A stretch of 64,000 nt of DNA from the human T2T-CHM13v2.0 reference genome, Homo sapiens: the NCBI RefSeq assembly GCF_009914755.1, contig NC_060939.1. The stretch is one strand, 5' to 3'. Under the pieces are notes generated by a model that searched no databases, had not been told where the DNA came from, and was given only the letters and a program-made list of their open reading frames with translations. Below are positions 14,360-29,500 of the stretch, in pieces. Numbering within the stretch: the stretch's first letter is position 1; every line of letters starts with the position of its first letter. Position numbers and translations under genes: made by a program.

Positions 14360-14915
14360 ATTATTTCAGTTATCTCTTGCAGGACAACTGGCTACCCCAA
14401 AATTTAATAGCTAAAAGCAATCATTTTTATTTTGCTAATGATTTTTTGGGGTAAGGAATGTAGAAACGGCTCCAAAGGGTGGTCGTTTCTGATCAATATT
14501 GCATCAGCTGGGGTGGAAGAATCTTCTTCAAAATAGCTTCTTTACTCACATCTGGTGCCTTAGGGCTTCTTGACCTCTCTCTCTCTTCATGTGGCTTCTC
14601 ATCCTCCAGGCTTTCTTCACTTGGCTTACCTTCTTGCAGCAAGGGTATCTAAAAGAAGTCTCACTTTTTACACGGAAGCTAGATTCCAAGAGGCAGGCAG
14701 TAGAAACTGCGCAGCTAGCTAAAGGCTATAACAGAAAAAGGCATGGCAACACTTCTACCATAGTCTATTAGTGAAGGCAGTTCCCAAGACCCTCAGATTT
14801 AAGAGCACAGAGAAATAGATCCCAATTCTAGATGGGAAAATGTCCAGGTCACGTTGAAGAAGAGCACATAGGGCAAGAGACACTGTTGCACCTGTATTTG
14901 CAAAAGTAAATCTAT
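14360..14915 (-). mobile_element. MLT1 (G/H-like) MaLR LTR
   Basis: ccccaaaatttaatagctaaaagcaatcattt...aaatagcttctttactcacat...cacttctaccatagtctattag...gaagaagagcacataggg. Confidence 0.7.
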
Positions 14916-15321
14916 ATGCATACTATTTCATTCTTCTAAAATACTGAGTGGCTGTAGCTCTCAACGCTAATCGCTCTGTCTATCCTACTCAAATGCACTT
15001 CGGAGCAATTGCTCAACTTTGCACATTCTCTACGCAACCTCTCTCCAAAATGCCCCTACAATACTTAGTGTAATCTCTTTTATGTTAGAGTGGAACACCA
15101 TTGTCTATTTACTGACATATTTATCTCTCCCGCCAGAATATAAGGATAAGCTCATGTCTTATTTACTTTAGAATACCTTTTGTGTAACACAGATGCTGGC
15201 ATATAGTAGATATTAAATACATGTTCTATTGATCACAAGACTAATAAAAGGAATAAATAAATTGTCCTATTCATACATGTATTATCTATGCCTGGGGTAC
15301 TTCCTGGAACAAGTTTAGTAC

Positions 15322-15825
15322 CTGGTGATTATCAGCTTCCAAGATGGCCCCCAATAGTCTCCACCTCCTGAATTCACACTCTTTGTAGTTCCTTCCTGCA
15401 TTGTGCCAGAGTTGGTCAATGTGACCAACAGGATATAGTAGAAGGGATGGTATTATGCTATAAAAGACGTTCAATTTTTATCTCTTTCTCTCTCATAATT
15501 CACCCTGAGAGAAACCAGCTGCCTTGTTGCAAGCAGTCCTACGGAGAGGCCCACATAGTGAGAAACTGAGGCCTTCTGCCAACAGCCAGAGGAGGGAGCT
15601 TGCAAGCAGACCCTCCAGCCCCAGCTAAGCTTCAGGTGACTGTCCAGGCAACGGCTGGAGTAAAACCTCACAAGACGTCCAGAGCTAGAGCCACCCAGCT
15701 CAGCTGCTCCCAGATTTCTGACTCTCAGAAACCATGTGAGATAATAAATGCTTGCTGTTTTAAGCTGCTAAATTTTGAAGTAGTTTTTTACACAGCAAGA
15801 GATAATTATTTTATTTACTAATACA
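15322..15825 (+). mobile_element. MLT1F-like MaLR LTR
   Basis: aagatggcccccaat...gagaggcccacatagtgagaaactgaggcc...gagataataaatgcttgctgttttaagctgctaaatttt...actaataca. Confidence 0.85.
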
Positions 15826-16619
15826 TATTCGTGAATGCCATCCAACATAGAAAGAATGAAGCAGTTCCATTCTTCTTCTTGGATTTTTAGCTAAAGTATT
15901 TTGTTGTTACTACGACAGACACCTGGGTGGTAATTGCTATTTCAAGCTGGACACCTGGGCTTTTTCTCCACTACAAAGAACCTCTCAGTTACTCCCAGAG
16001 AAAGTAATGATTTCACTTCTTGGAGTAAGTGTTTGTGCTAATTAGCAGCATGACGAAATACAGCATGTCAAGCAAAAAACTATTTGTGCTTACCTTCCAA
16101 CACATTCTCTTACAGAGAGGACATGATGCCAGAGAAATAAACATTAAACTACTGTACACTATCAGACTTTGCAATGTAGCCTTACTTCACTAGCTTTGTA
16201 TTTCAATCCCTAATTACTAAACTGATAAGATTTCTGATTATTTTGGTTGAAAGAAAAAGCCCTCCTTTTGTCTCAACAAAATTAGAACATGAAAGAAAAA
16301 AATAAATACATGAAATTACCTAGAGAATATATTATTTATATCTGCTTCTAAGAAATTCAGCAGGGGATTTTTAAAATGCTGGATTAGTAATTTTATAATC
16401 TTTTATATTCAAATATACTTCCATGAAATGTTAGCATTTAAAATAATAGGGAAAATTCTATAAATTATAGACATAACCAAACATCACATTCAGGACTTTA
16501 GTAATTCTTTAGTTTGCACTAATCTTTTCAGCCATTCAGCTACTCATCAAACATATATAGAATGTCAGCTGATAACTGGTCAACAGTTAGAATCTTGGAG
16601 TGCAAGAAATTCAAAGTGT

Positions 16620-19320
16620 AGACTTCCAGCATGAATATGGCTGTTTAATCAGAATTTTTTCTTTTCTTCCTAGAAGTCATCTAAAATATACCAAAAAAGA
16701 AAAAAAAAAAACAACTTAGTACATTGTGTTTAGTGAAACTAGGAAACCAATCTAGTTCTTAGACCTCAAATACATGCACTTGCCATGGAATAGATAAAAA
16801 TTGTGACCAAGTATGTTTGACGAAAAGTTTAAAATCCCAAAGAATAATTAATTGCTTCTATGAGGAACTCCATGAAGCCAAAATGCAAGAATTCAGAGAA
16901 GAGATAATAAATTTAGCAGAAGGATATGAAAGGTGAACTGGCAAATTTCAGGGGAAAAAAATGGGAAAATAAAGCTGTTACAGAAATCAAGATATAGTTG
17001 AAAGGCACCAAGATAGGATAAACACAGAGAAAGTCACAGTAAAGCCACAGAAGATAGAAAGAAGAAATCAAACATAAAAAGGGAAATAAACAGTCTAAAA
17101 GGTTTGGAAAGAAAATAATAAACAATACAATATAGACAAAGAATATCTAACATGCATATCATTAAAGTCCTTGAAGAAGAAAGCCGAACTGAATAAGACT
17201 AACTGTTAAATATATAATTCAAAAATACTTCCTGCCACATAAATACTATGAACCTACCTATTGAAAAGGCACAAAATATACCACGGAGTAGTTAATAGTT
17301 AATGCTAGAATATATACTGTGATATACCTTGTTGACATTGGTGGTTTTTTACAATAAAAGGAAGAATTTCTCTGGCAAACAAGGCGAAAGGTCAAGTCAT
17401 GTGTAAGAGGAAACAAAAATCAAACTGAGTTCAGATTTATCCTAAGCAACATTCATTGACAGGAAACAGTGGAACAACATCTACAAAATCCTTAAGGAAA
17501 GAAAGTGTTAGACAAAGATTTTATATCCAGCTAAGCTTTCTTGGCTGGCAATTTTGAACATGGAATGTCCAGCAAATATTTACCCATTATCCCTTCTTGA
17601 TGAAATTACTAGAAAACAAAACTTCAATGAACCAAGGAATGGCTGAGGAGATAAGACAAAAGAATTGGAGGTGGTGAATATATTCAATCCATTTTGATTG
17701 AGAAAGACTAAAAGAGAAGTGCATATGAGAATGAGAGCATAATGCACACTTCCAATGCCTTGACAATGTATAATAGAAATGATCCAACAACATGAATTAG
17801 GAAGAGAAGAAAGATGAGAGGTAAAGTAAGTTCACTGATTGCTTCATTAATCATAGCTGGGCTAGAAGTCATTTATTTATTACATGCTGATAGAGCATGT
17901 AATAGAAAATTAACTATATTTAGGTGTACAAAGTAAACCCAAAGAAAGATAAAATTATGGACTAAAATCTGGTGATAATAAAGAGAAAATTTATTATTGC
18001 TCATAGCAAGACTAATAGTTACTATCTAAAGAAACATGAATGTTAGCAAGATAATTGAATTCATCTGTATTTCATGATAAAATGAACGAAAAATAAGCAA
18101 AGGTATAGAATATCGAAATACCCTAATAAAAAAGTACACCTGATTGATATTAATCATACTTTGTATAATAAGAGAGAACATACCTTGCTGACAAATCACA
18201 CTCAAAAGCTGGTTGTGTATTAATTAAGTCACCAAGTAAACCATAATAAATTCTAAATAATAAATATGCAGACAGCATTATATTATTATAATTCAATGAC
18301 TATTAATTATAATAAAAAAATACTCCACCATTGGAGATTGATGAATTATTTCTTAATGAATTTTTAGTACCAAGGAAATATATAGCGTATAACCTCAGCT
18401 TATCCAGACAATTATAAAAATCAAAACAGAACATGGGATACAACTAAAATCAAAAGAAAACTCAAAAGCTTTGCTATTCTTATCTTTAAACACTAAGACT
18501 TAACATCTGATGCAAGAAGTTAGAAAAAGACAGCAAGATGAACATAAGGAAGACAGAAAGGACAAATAAGAAATTAAAAAGTTAAAAATCAGTCTTAAAA
18601 AGAAGTAAAACTAGTCATGTGAAAGCTGATTTTTAATAGATTATCAACTAATCAAGACAAAAGAAAATATAAGCACATAAAATAAGTAACAACAGAAGCA
18701 AGAGAAATTTCGAAAGTCATAAGAATGATACTACTCGACTTTATGTAAATACATATGAAAATCTTGATCAAATGGAAAATTTTTAGTGAAATTACTAAAA
18801 CTTAGTCCTGTGGGACTATAAAACATAAGTCCATTTTCTGTAGAAGGAACAAATAAAAGTTGTTAAAAAAAAACTACTCTGGGAAAAGTATCACTAGAGG
18901 AATTATATCACCATTTAAAGAATAATTACAATGTTATTTAAATTATTCTATAGTGAAGATGAAGAGAAAAATTTTCCAGATATTTCATATGAAATAAGCA
19001 TTTTAGTTTTACTAAAGCTTGATAAATATTACAAAGAAAACTACAGACTGATATGGTTAGGCTTTGTGTCTCCACCCAAATCTCATCTTGAATTGTACCC
19101 AATCTCAAGTATTGTCTTTATAGCAGTGTGAGAACAGACTAATAAGCAGGCCCTATCTTTTTTAGGAATAATATAAGTATCATTTCACAGAATATCATAA
19201 AATATGTAATATTAACATATTCAATTATTAAATTAATATTAATAAACAGATTCGTGTAGAGCATTTAAAAATAATACTTGATGATCAAGTAGAGATTATT
19301 CCAGAAATGTAATGAGAGTA
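16620..19320 (+). mobile_element. Ancient L1M remnant (5'UTR/ORF1/ORF2 fragments)
   Basis: A-rich + strand with L1 landmarks: atctaacatgcatatcattaaagtccttgaagaagaa (ORF1), agattttatatccagctaag, aaagaaaactacagac (ORF2); frames broken. Confidence 0.7.
19049..19146 (+). mobile_element. Internally deleted THE1/MST-type LTR (both termini only)
   Basis: 5' tgatatggttaggctttgtgtctccacccaaatctcatcttgaattgta joined to 3' cccaatctcaagtattgtctttatagcagtgtgagaacagactaat; TSD cagac/caggc. Confidence 0.85.
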
Positions 19321-19409
19321 TGATAGTAAAATCAAGAATCCCCATCTGGTCTATAGTTCTTCACTAAACTTGAACATGTGGTTGGTTATTGGCTAACCTT
19401 AATTCAATA

Positions 19410-19600
19410 ATGACACTGTTCTTAGCATATCACATCTATTAATTCATTTTATTCTCAGACACATTCATTTTCCCATTTTATTCATGTAGAATGGAAGGCA
19501 CGAAGAGGTTAAATTACTTGCCCAAAGTCACCCAGCTAGTAATTGCTCACATTGAAATTTGAACCCAAGTCTTCTGGCTCTGGAGACCATAATCTTATGA
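19410..19600 (-). mobile_element. MIR SINE
   Basis: cccattttattcatgtagaatggaaggcacgaagaggttaaattacttgcccaaagtcacccagctagtaa...tttgaacccaagtct. Confidence 0.85.
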
Positions 19601-21316
19601 ATTTCTTCACTTCTCTGGGACAAATAAATTAAGTATATTTTTCCCAACTTCCTAATGCTTATGTTACATACAGCACAATCAAACAGAAATGAGTTATCAT
19701 GCCAGTGCCTAAGAGAGGCTGGTTATGTTTCTGAGGCACCTCAGAGGCCATCTGTGGTCCCACTGGCGATGATCTGAGCAAATTCCTTAACAAATGCCTA
19801 GCCACAGTAAGTCCTCTGTAAGTTTCGACTACATCACGATTGTCATGGAAGGATGGAGCAGGATGGTGTCTGCCTGCTGTGGATGTGTAAACTTCTATGC
19901 GTCATGCATGGTATCACAAGTTCATGAAAAGAAGCCTCAGAATCCCTGAGAAGTAGCCAAAGATCTTTGAGCCAAAGATCTTTATTTCCCCATATTGAGT
20001 CTGATACTCTTTTTCATGCCTCAAAAGAATTCAGTCAGGGTGTTTAGAAAAATTAATTATTCTACTAAATAGATGACAACTCCCCAATAAATGTGTTTTA
20101 TAAGTACAGATATGCATGCATTTTTTTGCAAGATAAACATGTGCAATGTGAAAAAGTCAGAGCCTCAGAATTATTAAGGGGGAAAGCGAGCAACCAACCA
20201 ACCAAGAGAGCAAGGTGATCAAGAGCAGAGATTGAGCTAGGAGCTTCCAGGACTTTCTCAAGGGAAGGCATTTTGTTCTCTACTGATCACCCTCCAGTGA
20301 CTCCTAAAGCCTAATTCCAAATCTCATTTTTCTACAGGTGAATGTTTGCACAGAGAGTGACGGAACAAGATCCCCAAAGGAGAAGTGGTTAATCCTTTGC
20401 TTTCATGTGAGTGCTCAGGCTCTTGAGATTAATACCAGGATGTGTAAACTACACCTTGTCATTTGTATTCATGTCAGTTTTATTATGTTATTCAGTACTA
20501 ATAGATTAGAATTCCAGAGCATTCCTCACTGGCAGTATTCCTGGGAAGTAGTAAAGACAGACAAGCATCTTCACATGCATAAAAAGAAGCTAATTCATAT
20601 TTTTGCCTCCTGCTTCCTAGTGAAGAGTAAGCTCAGTCAAGTGTGTTTCTGATGTACACGGCAGGCACTGTGTGATTCCTTAGTAAACAGCAATTAGTGG
20701 TGACGATGGATGCTAATACCATATTAAAATAAACTTACAAGGCCAGCCCAACACAGAAGAGCATGGAAACTCCCTCTTGGTATGAGACAGAATGATCTGT
20801 ATCTTAAACAACTGCACAGGCCTCAAAATATTACTCATCCAGGAAAATAGAAGGCTAAGTACCAAATATCCATTCTAATATTCTAAATAGAGGTATCACT
20901 GGGGGAGGATATATATTTTCAAGTTTTGGTTAATAATAAAAGTTAAAAAACAAAGAGCATCCTTCAGTTTTTAACTATTAACTTTATTAACTGGAAAAAC
21001 ATTCTCCTTCTTCAAATAGTTGGAGCAGGTGGTGTGGGAGAGTGGCTAACAGTGTGGCATTGGGACTCAGACTGACATGGCTTTACCCCTGACAAGTGGT
21101 GAAAGCTTAGTTTGTTGATTCCTGATCTACAGCAAGGATCAGATGAGACCAAAAAAGGGGCTGTGAACAATGCCTGGCAGATATCTAGTGCTCATTGTGT
21201 TTGTTTTTGTTAGCTCTCTAGTCACAGTTTTCATCTAACCAAAATGTTGCCAGATAATTCTCATCTTTATGGATAATTGGTAATCTGTTTCTCCTTTAAA
21301 ATGTTTTCAGTGTCAT

Positions 21317-21637
<321 letters not shown>

Positions 21638-22529
21638 TCAGAACCTGAGTAAGATCAGATTAAGAGAAGGCAGAGTGAGAATAGCATTCAATATCATGGT
21701 ATGTTCACCATATGTACTATGCTTAGAGTGGTTGTAGGGGCAGTGGTGATGGTGGTGGTGAGAGGAGTATGGAAGACATACAGTTTGAGGTTGTTTTAGG
21801 CCGGGGGCCAATTAAAATTTAAGACGCTGCTGGAAGTCAATTCAAACAGCAGATTGAATTATTTTCTTTCTGATCAGATAGTTTGGGGTTCTGTGTTAAC
21901 AAGAAGGATGCTCCTCCCTTAGGAAGGAGAAAACAGACTAGAGTAAGAGCCAATTCTACCACCTTTAAAGAAAGTACCGAATTATTCTTTTTAAAAAGGC
22001 TCATTGATGAGTTGAGGGAGACCAAACCAAACAAAACATAACAGAACTGTTGTCTCTCTGTTTTGGGAGGAGTGCCAGAGAAGGCTCAATACAATGGACT
22101 TTACTGCATCTAAGTTCTACGTCACGGCTCAGATCATTTGTCCCAGAGCCACATAAGCAGGTGTGGCTGCTTTTTGCTGATGGCTCTTCAGAATGGTCCC
22201 TTGGTGGCATCATCCCACTGCCTCCTTTTGTCCTGAGGCTTCATCGCTCTCTCTTCACTGGGAGAAGAGATAATGTCTGTTTTCAGATCTATTCATGAAA
22301 TACCAGACTTGGCAGAGCAGCCTCCCTGGAGAACCTGATAATTAAGACAGTTGCTTAATTAGAATGATGATGTGTGTGTCTGCACTGAATGCCAAGCACT
22401 ATAATTACACTGTGAACCTGAAATGTGGGCCCCAGGCACTTCAGGTCAGCTTTCTAGGTATTTGCTTGCTTCATGGGGAAGCAAGGGCTGCTCAGTGTTC
22501 CTAACACATTTTAAACACCTTAGGCGAGT

Positions 22530-22755
22530 TGGAATGAAGGTGGGTTTTGCAATCAGATGACCTGTCTTTAACTCACAGATCTGCCACTCACCAATAGTGT
22601 GATTTGGGCCAAATTTTAAAACTCCCTGAAGCTCAATTCTCTTTTCTGTTACATAGAATTGATTATGTGTGTATCATAGTATTGTTAGAAAGATTACATG
22701 AAATTATATTAATATAGTCCTCAGGAAATATTAGGACACATTCATTATTTGGTGT
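22530..22755 (+). mobile_element. MIR SINE
   Basis: gttttgcaatcagatgacctg...ctgccactcaccaatagtgtgatttgggcc...gctcaattct. Confidence 0.7.
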
Positions 22756-22788
22756 TTTCACCAGCGTAGTTAATTATAAACACTTGGA

Positions 22789-22955
22789 TAAGTTTGCAGA
22801 ATTTAGCAAATAAAAAATATAGATAAACAACAATTTTCTAGCATAAGTATATCCCAATTGACATGAGTCATACTTACATTAATACTAAAAATTATTTGTT
22901 GTTTATCTGTAATTCAAATCGTACTGGGCATCATGTATTTTATCTGGTGACTCGA
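22789..22955. mobile_element. MER53 palindromic hAT MITE
   Basis: atttagcaaataaaaaata...agataaacaac...agcataagtatatcccaatt...catactta...atactaaaaattatttgttgtttatctg...actgggcatcatgtattttatctgg matches MER53. Confidence 0.85.
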
Positions 22956-24018
22956 CATTTGAGGGATCTCGAAATCCTCTTTTTGAAATATTCGTTTATA
23001 GAATAACTGGGTGAACACTATCAAAGCTATGTTAGGTCTCTCAAGCCAAACTTTCAAGTTCTACTCAGAGTGCCCTGGCAGAAAACAAACCTCAAACTTT
23101 CCAGCTTTGGATATTCAAAATAGGAAAAATACCCAATGCAAACAGAGCCCTAAAAAACAAGAACTGTGAGTATAATGTTCTATCATTAAAAAAAAAAGAT
23201 TTGTATTAAAAAATCATTTAGGAATTCCCCAAATCTGAGAAAAGCTCCTTTGGCCTGTTTAAACTTGTCAAGAACAATTATAATTGCCCATTCTGAGCCT
23301 TGGGAAGAAATGACAGATTCTTCTTACCTTAGCCAAAGCCCTTAAAGCCCCAAAAGGCCAGAACTGCACCAGAGATTGGGAAACTGCAGAACGTCTGTGT
23401 GTGTCTGCAGAGGGGTTTCTCTTCTTAGCACATTCAGTGAAAGTCTTCAAAGGCAAAAAGTTTCCTAGCTTAGACTCAAACAGATGGCCCTCTGCTTCTC
23501 TCTAAACCAGTATGCAAATTAGTATATCCTCTAAGGTTAGGGGTGAGAGGGGAAGGCATGGGAGAATGTAAGCATAATAATTGTCTCTCAGAGCTGTGAG
23601 AATTAAAAACAAAAAAAGATAATATATCTTACAGAAAACCTTTAGTACAGTTCCCAGCATACAAATATCACTACTAGAGAAGATCAGAGAAAGGCAGTTG
23701 GGAATAGGAAGGTCCTGGAGACGGGGTAAGGGGACATTGGAACATCCCCAGATACCTGTTAGGAAGCAAGTTCTGGGAATAAACACAAGGATGGGTTTTG
23801 CTTTGCCATACAAAGTTTTGAAAGCTAGAGGTGAGACACAGAAAAGCATTATGTACTAATGCTTGTGTACAAACGGGATAATGAAGAACTAGGGAAGGCA
23901 GAGGGCTTTACTAACCCTAATCCTCACTCTGTCCTAAATAAGTATACACTCTACATATACTCTCAGTGACCAAAAATGAGGGTAAATTATGATCTATGCA
24001 TCCATTTAAAAGTACACT

Positions 24019-24280
24019 GTTAGGCAGAAGGAATAAATTCTAGTGCTTGACGGCGCAGAAGGTTAACTGTAGTTAACAATATGTTGTATATTTCAAAATA
24101 GCTAGAAGAAAAGATATGAAATGTTCTCAACACAAAGAAATGGTAAATATTCCAGGTGATGGATATCTTAAATACCCTGACTTGGTCATTACACATTCTA
24201 TATGTGTACCAAAATTTCTCATGTCCCCCATAAATATGTGCAAATATTATGTATCAATAAGTAATAAAAATAGTAAAAAG
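24019..24280 (+). mobile_element. L1MA 3' end
   Basis: gaaggaataaattctagtg...tatttcaaaatagctagaaga...caacacaaagaaatg...taccctgacttggtcattacacatt...ccccataaatatg. Confidence 0.9.
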
Positions 24281-24794
24281 GGTTTTGCCTGAAAACAAGG
24301 AAATAATTACAGTATTCAGTATGAATTTTGTAAATATATATATAAAAGGTTTCACTGGGCACTATTGGAAAAGGTACACTTTTGAAGAATGAGTATTTTT
24401 TGAGATGGTCACACTATTTTGCTAAATAAAAATAAACAATTGACAAAAAATTGTGTGTATAAAACTAAAAGGATAGACATCAACATGTATGTACCATGAT
24501 GTCCTAGAGGTAGAAGGATTATGTGTGATTACATAAAGGATCACTTTTTATAACTTCATGTATTACAGATTTCCTACTCTGAATATTATGCCTTAATTTT
24601 TAAATTAGAAAAGATGGCATCTATGAAAAATACCATTAACATCCATAGATAATACCCCTCCTACATCCCCTCATAAAAATTTAAGATTTTGTTAGGGATT
24701 TGCTCATATGGAAAATAACAGACAAAAAAAGTAGGTTAGCTCAGGGCAGTCAGTGATGGAAAGTCAAACATGCAAAGTGGCCAGCATGGAGTAG

Positions 24795-25157
<363 letters not shown>

Positions 25158-25539
25158 GCCATCCCTACCGTTTACAGACAGCGTCCATCTCACTGGTGGG
25201 TCCCTATGCAGTCCAACTTGCTCCACGTCTGAATGTCAGTCCTAGATACAAAGCAGAGAAGTTTAAAGTAGGGAATGGCTTCTTTTTTCCTTTTACAAAA
25301 CATAATGATGGTAAGACACAATATTGGAGCTGGGATGAAGGAGAAGTAGATATAAAGATATGGAGGGGCATCCCTTAAGGGATATAAATAGTTTCACAGA
25401 TGAAATGCCTAAAGGAGAGAGAGGAGAGACAGATGAGGAGACAATTATCTCAAAGGAGGAAAATGGTCAAAAGGCAAAGAATAATGTGTGTGAACTCTCC
25501 GGTGCATGGTAAGTACTATAAATATCTTAGTTGTACTAG

Positions 25540-25705
25540 TGTTAGTCAATCAAGTATTTGTAGTTGCTGTTCCTACAACGATTTTAACTGCTACTGTAAC
25601 TACTCTCACTGCTATTAAGACAACTATTATAACTATTGTTATAACTACTACGTCTGCTAGTACAATAACTACTATTATGACTGCTACCACAGCTACTATT
25701 ACTGC
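25540..25705 (+). repeat. Degenerate (ACT/ATT/GCT)n period-3 low-complexity tract, continued at 27290-27335
   Basis: actgctactgtaactact...actactattatgactgctacc; resumes after the LTR as ctgctgctactacaattactattgtgactact. Confidence 0.85.
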
Positions 25706-27816
<2,111 letters not shown>

Positions 27817-27899
27817 TGTGTAGCGTGTTTACAAGTGGATTGTTTGAACCTTATTTTTATGGTAGCATTTACATACAAGGTTGTAGAGATATATTGGGA

Positions 27900-28460
27900 G
27901 AAAATTGTCTTACGGTCCTGAATGCCAGGGAGTTTGGATTTAAATTTTAAAGGAATCCATCAAATTTGTAACTAGGGAGTGAAAACTTATATACTGCTAG
28001 TTGAGGAAGACTAAATCTGACAGTAAAGTACAGCCTAAAAACAGAAAAAAAAAGTGAAATAGAAAATTTTATTACAATGCTATCATACTAGTTCAGGCAT
28101 GAGCTAATAAAAGCCTGAAATGAAACAGGGACCATGGGGATTGAAGGGCTTGCATGAATATCAGCAGCAGCTTCAAGTGGAGAATCTTTCATCAGAAAAG
28201 GAGAAAAATAAGGTAACTCAAGTCCTCAAATCTGAGTGCAATAGACAATGGATATTCCCCCAATATGAAAGTATTGGTTAGTAAGAAAACCCATGAATTT
28301 AGTATTAAATACGTTCCCTTTTCAAGAACAGTCAGACTGTTAGTAGAAATGAGCACTCTCCCACCTGCAGATTCGGATTTGGAGAGTTATCTTTAGAGAA
28401 GTGATGTTTGAAATTGCAACAGTGATAGGCATCCCTGAAGAAGAGGTTATTGAAAAAACA
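27900..28460 (-). mobile_element. L2 fragment, antisense
   Basis: cctgaatgccagggagtttggattt...tagttcaggcatgagctaataaaagcctgaa...gatttggagagttatct resemble antisense L2. Confidence 0.6.
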
Positions 28461-28984
28461 GCAGAAAAGACAATTTACTCAACTTCCATACTTACCTGTT
28501 AAATGGAATCAAAACATATCTTTCAGGTTTTCTTGTGATTATTGAACAAATGATGCCTGTAGATCTTCCATACCCTTCAATATGCCACAAATATTATTGC
28601 CCTTTCCCACATTATAAAGCCAATTTCAGAGAAAAGTTCTATGAACGTCTTCAATCATTAAAATCTCCTTAAGATCTCACAGTTTTCAAATAGAGGTCAT
28701 CATCCTTCTTCAACCCCATCAATATGAGTATATCTAGTCACTTGGAGGAAGAGGAACAGTTATTGAGTGCATACAATGTGCCAAGCACTTATGTATGAGC
28801 TTTACATACAGCCACTTTCATAACAACCCTATAAAATAGATTGGTCCTTGTAGTATTAGCAGTCATAAGAGTAATTGCAGTGATAGCAGTGACAGTAGTT
28901 GTAATAACAGTCACAATACTAGTTGTAGTAATAGTAACTACAAATCCTTGATAGATTAATAATAATATTACAATTAAGATATCA

Positions 28985-29500
28985 ATAGCATTTACTATGC
29001 ATCGGATAGTTCATATATGTTATCACAAATAATTATATAAAACTTTAAATGTGAGTATTATTATACTCATTTGTTAAATGAGGACATTCAGAATCAGATT
29101 AAATAACTTTCTACCAATTAGAGAATAGAGAGCTCAGGCCGGGCGTGGTGGCTCATGCCTGTAATCCCAGTGCTTTGGGAGGCCAAGGCAGGCAGATCAT
29201 GAGGTCAGGAGTTCGAGATCAGCCTAGCCAACATGGTGAAACCCCGTCTGTACTAAAAATACAAACAATTAGCTGAACGTGGTGGCAGGCACCTGTAATC
29301 CTAGCTACTCGGCAGAAGAATTGCTTGAACCTGGGAGGTGAAGGTTGCAGTGAGCCGAGACCACGCCACTGCACTCCAGCCTTGGCAATAGAGTGAGACT
29401 CCATCTCAAAAAAATAAAAAATAAAAAAATAAAGAGAGAGAGAGAGAATAGAGAGCTCAAACTATGACTGTCTGGGTCTGAAGTTCATTGTCTTTGCAGC
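28985..29500 (-). mobile_element. MIR SINE split by an Alu
   Basis: gtattattatactcatttgttaaatgaggacattcag...attaaataacttt; resumes after the Alu. Confidence 0.6.
29137..29442 (+). mobile_element. Alu SINE (AluSg-like) with 17-bp TSD
   Basis: Full Alu with a small right-arm deletion; TSD agagaatagagagctca at 29120-29136 and 29443-29459. Confidence 0.97.

Noticed and set aside
28850-28945. (AGT)n-like tract sharing 10-12-mers in inverted orientation with the tract at 25540-25705/27290-27335
   Set aside because: The shared words are not collinear and are expected between period-3 low-complexity tracts.
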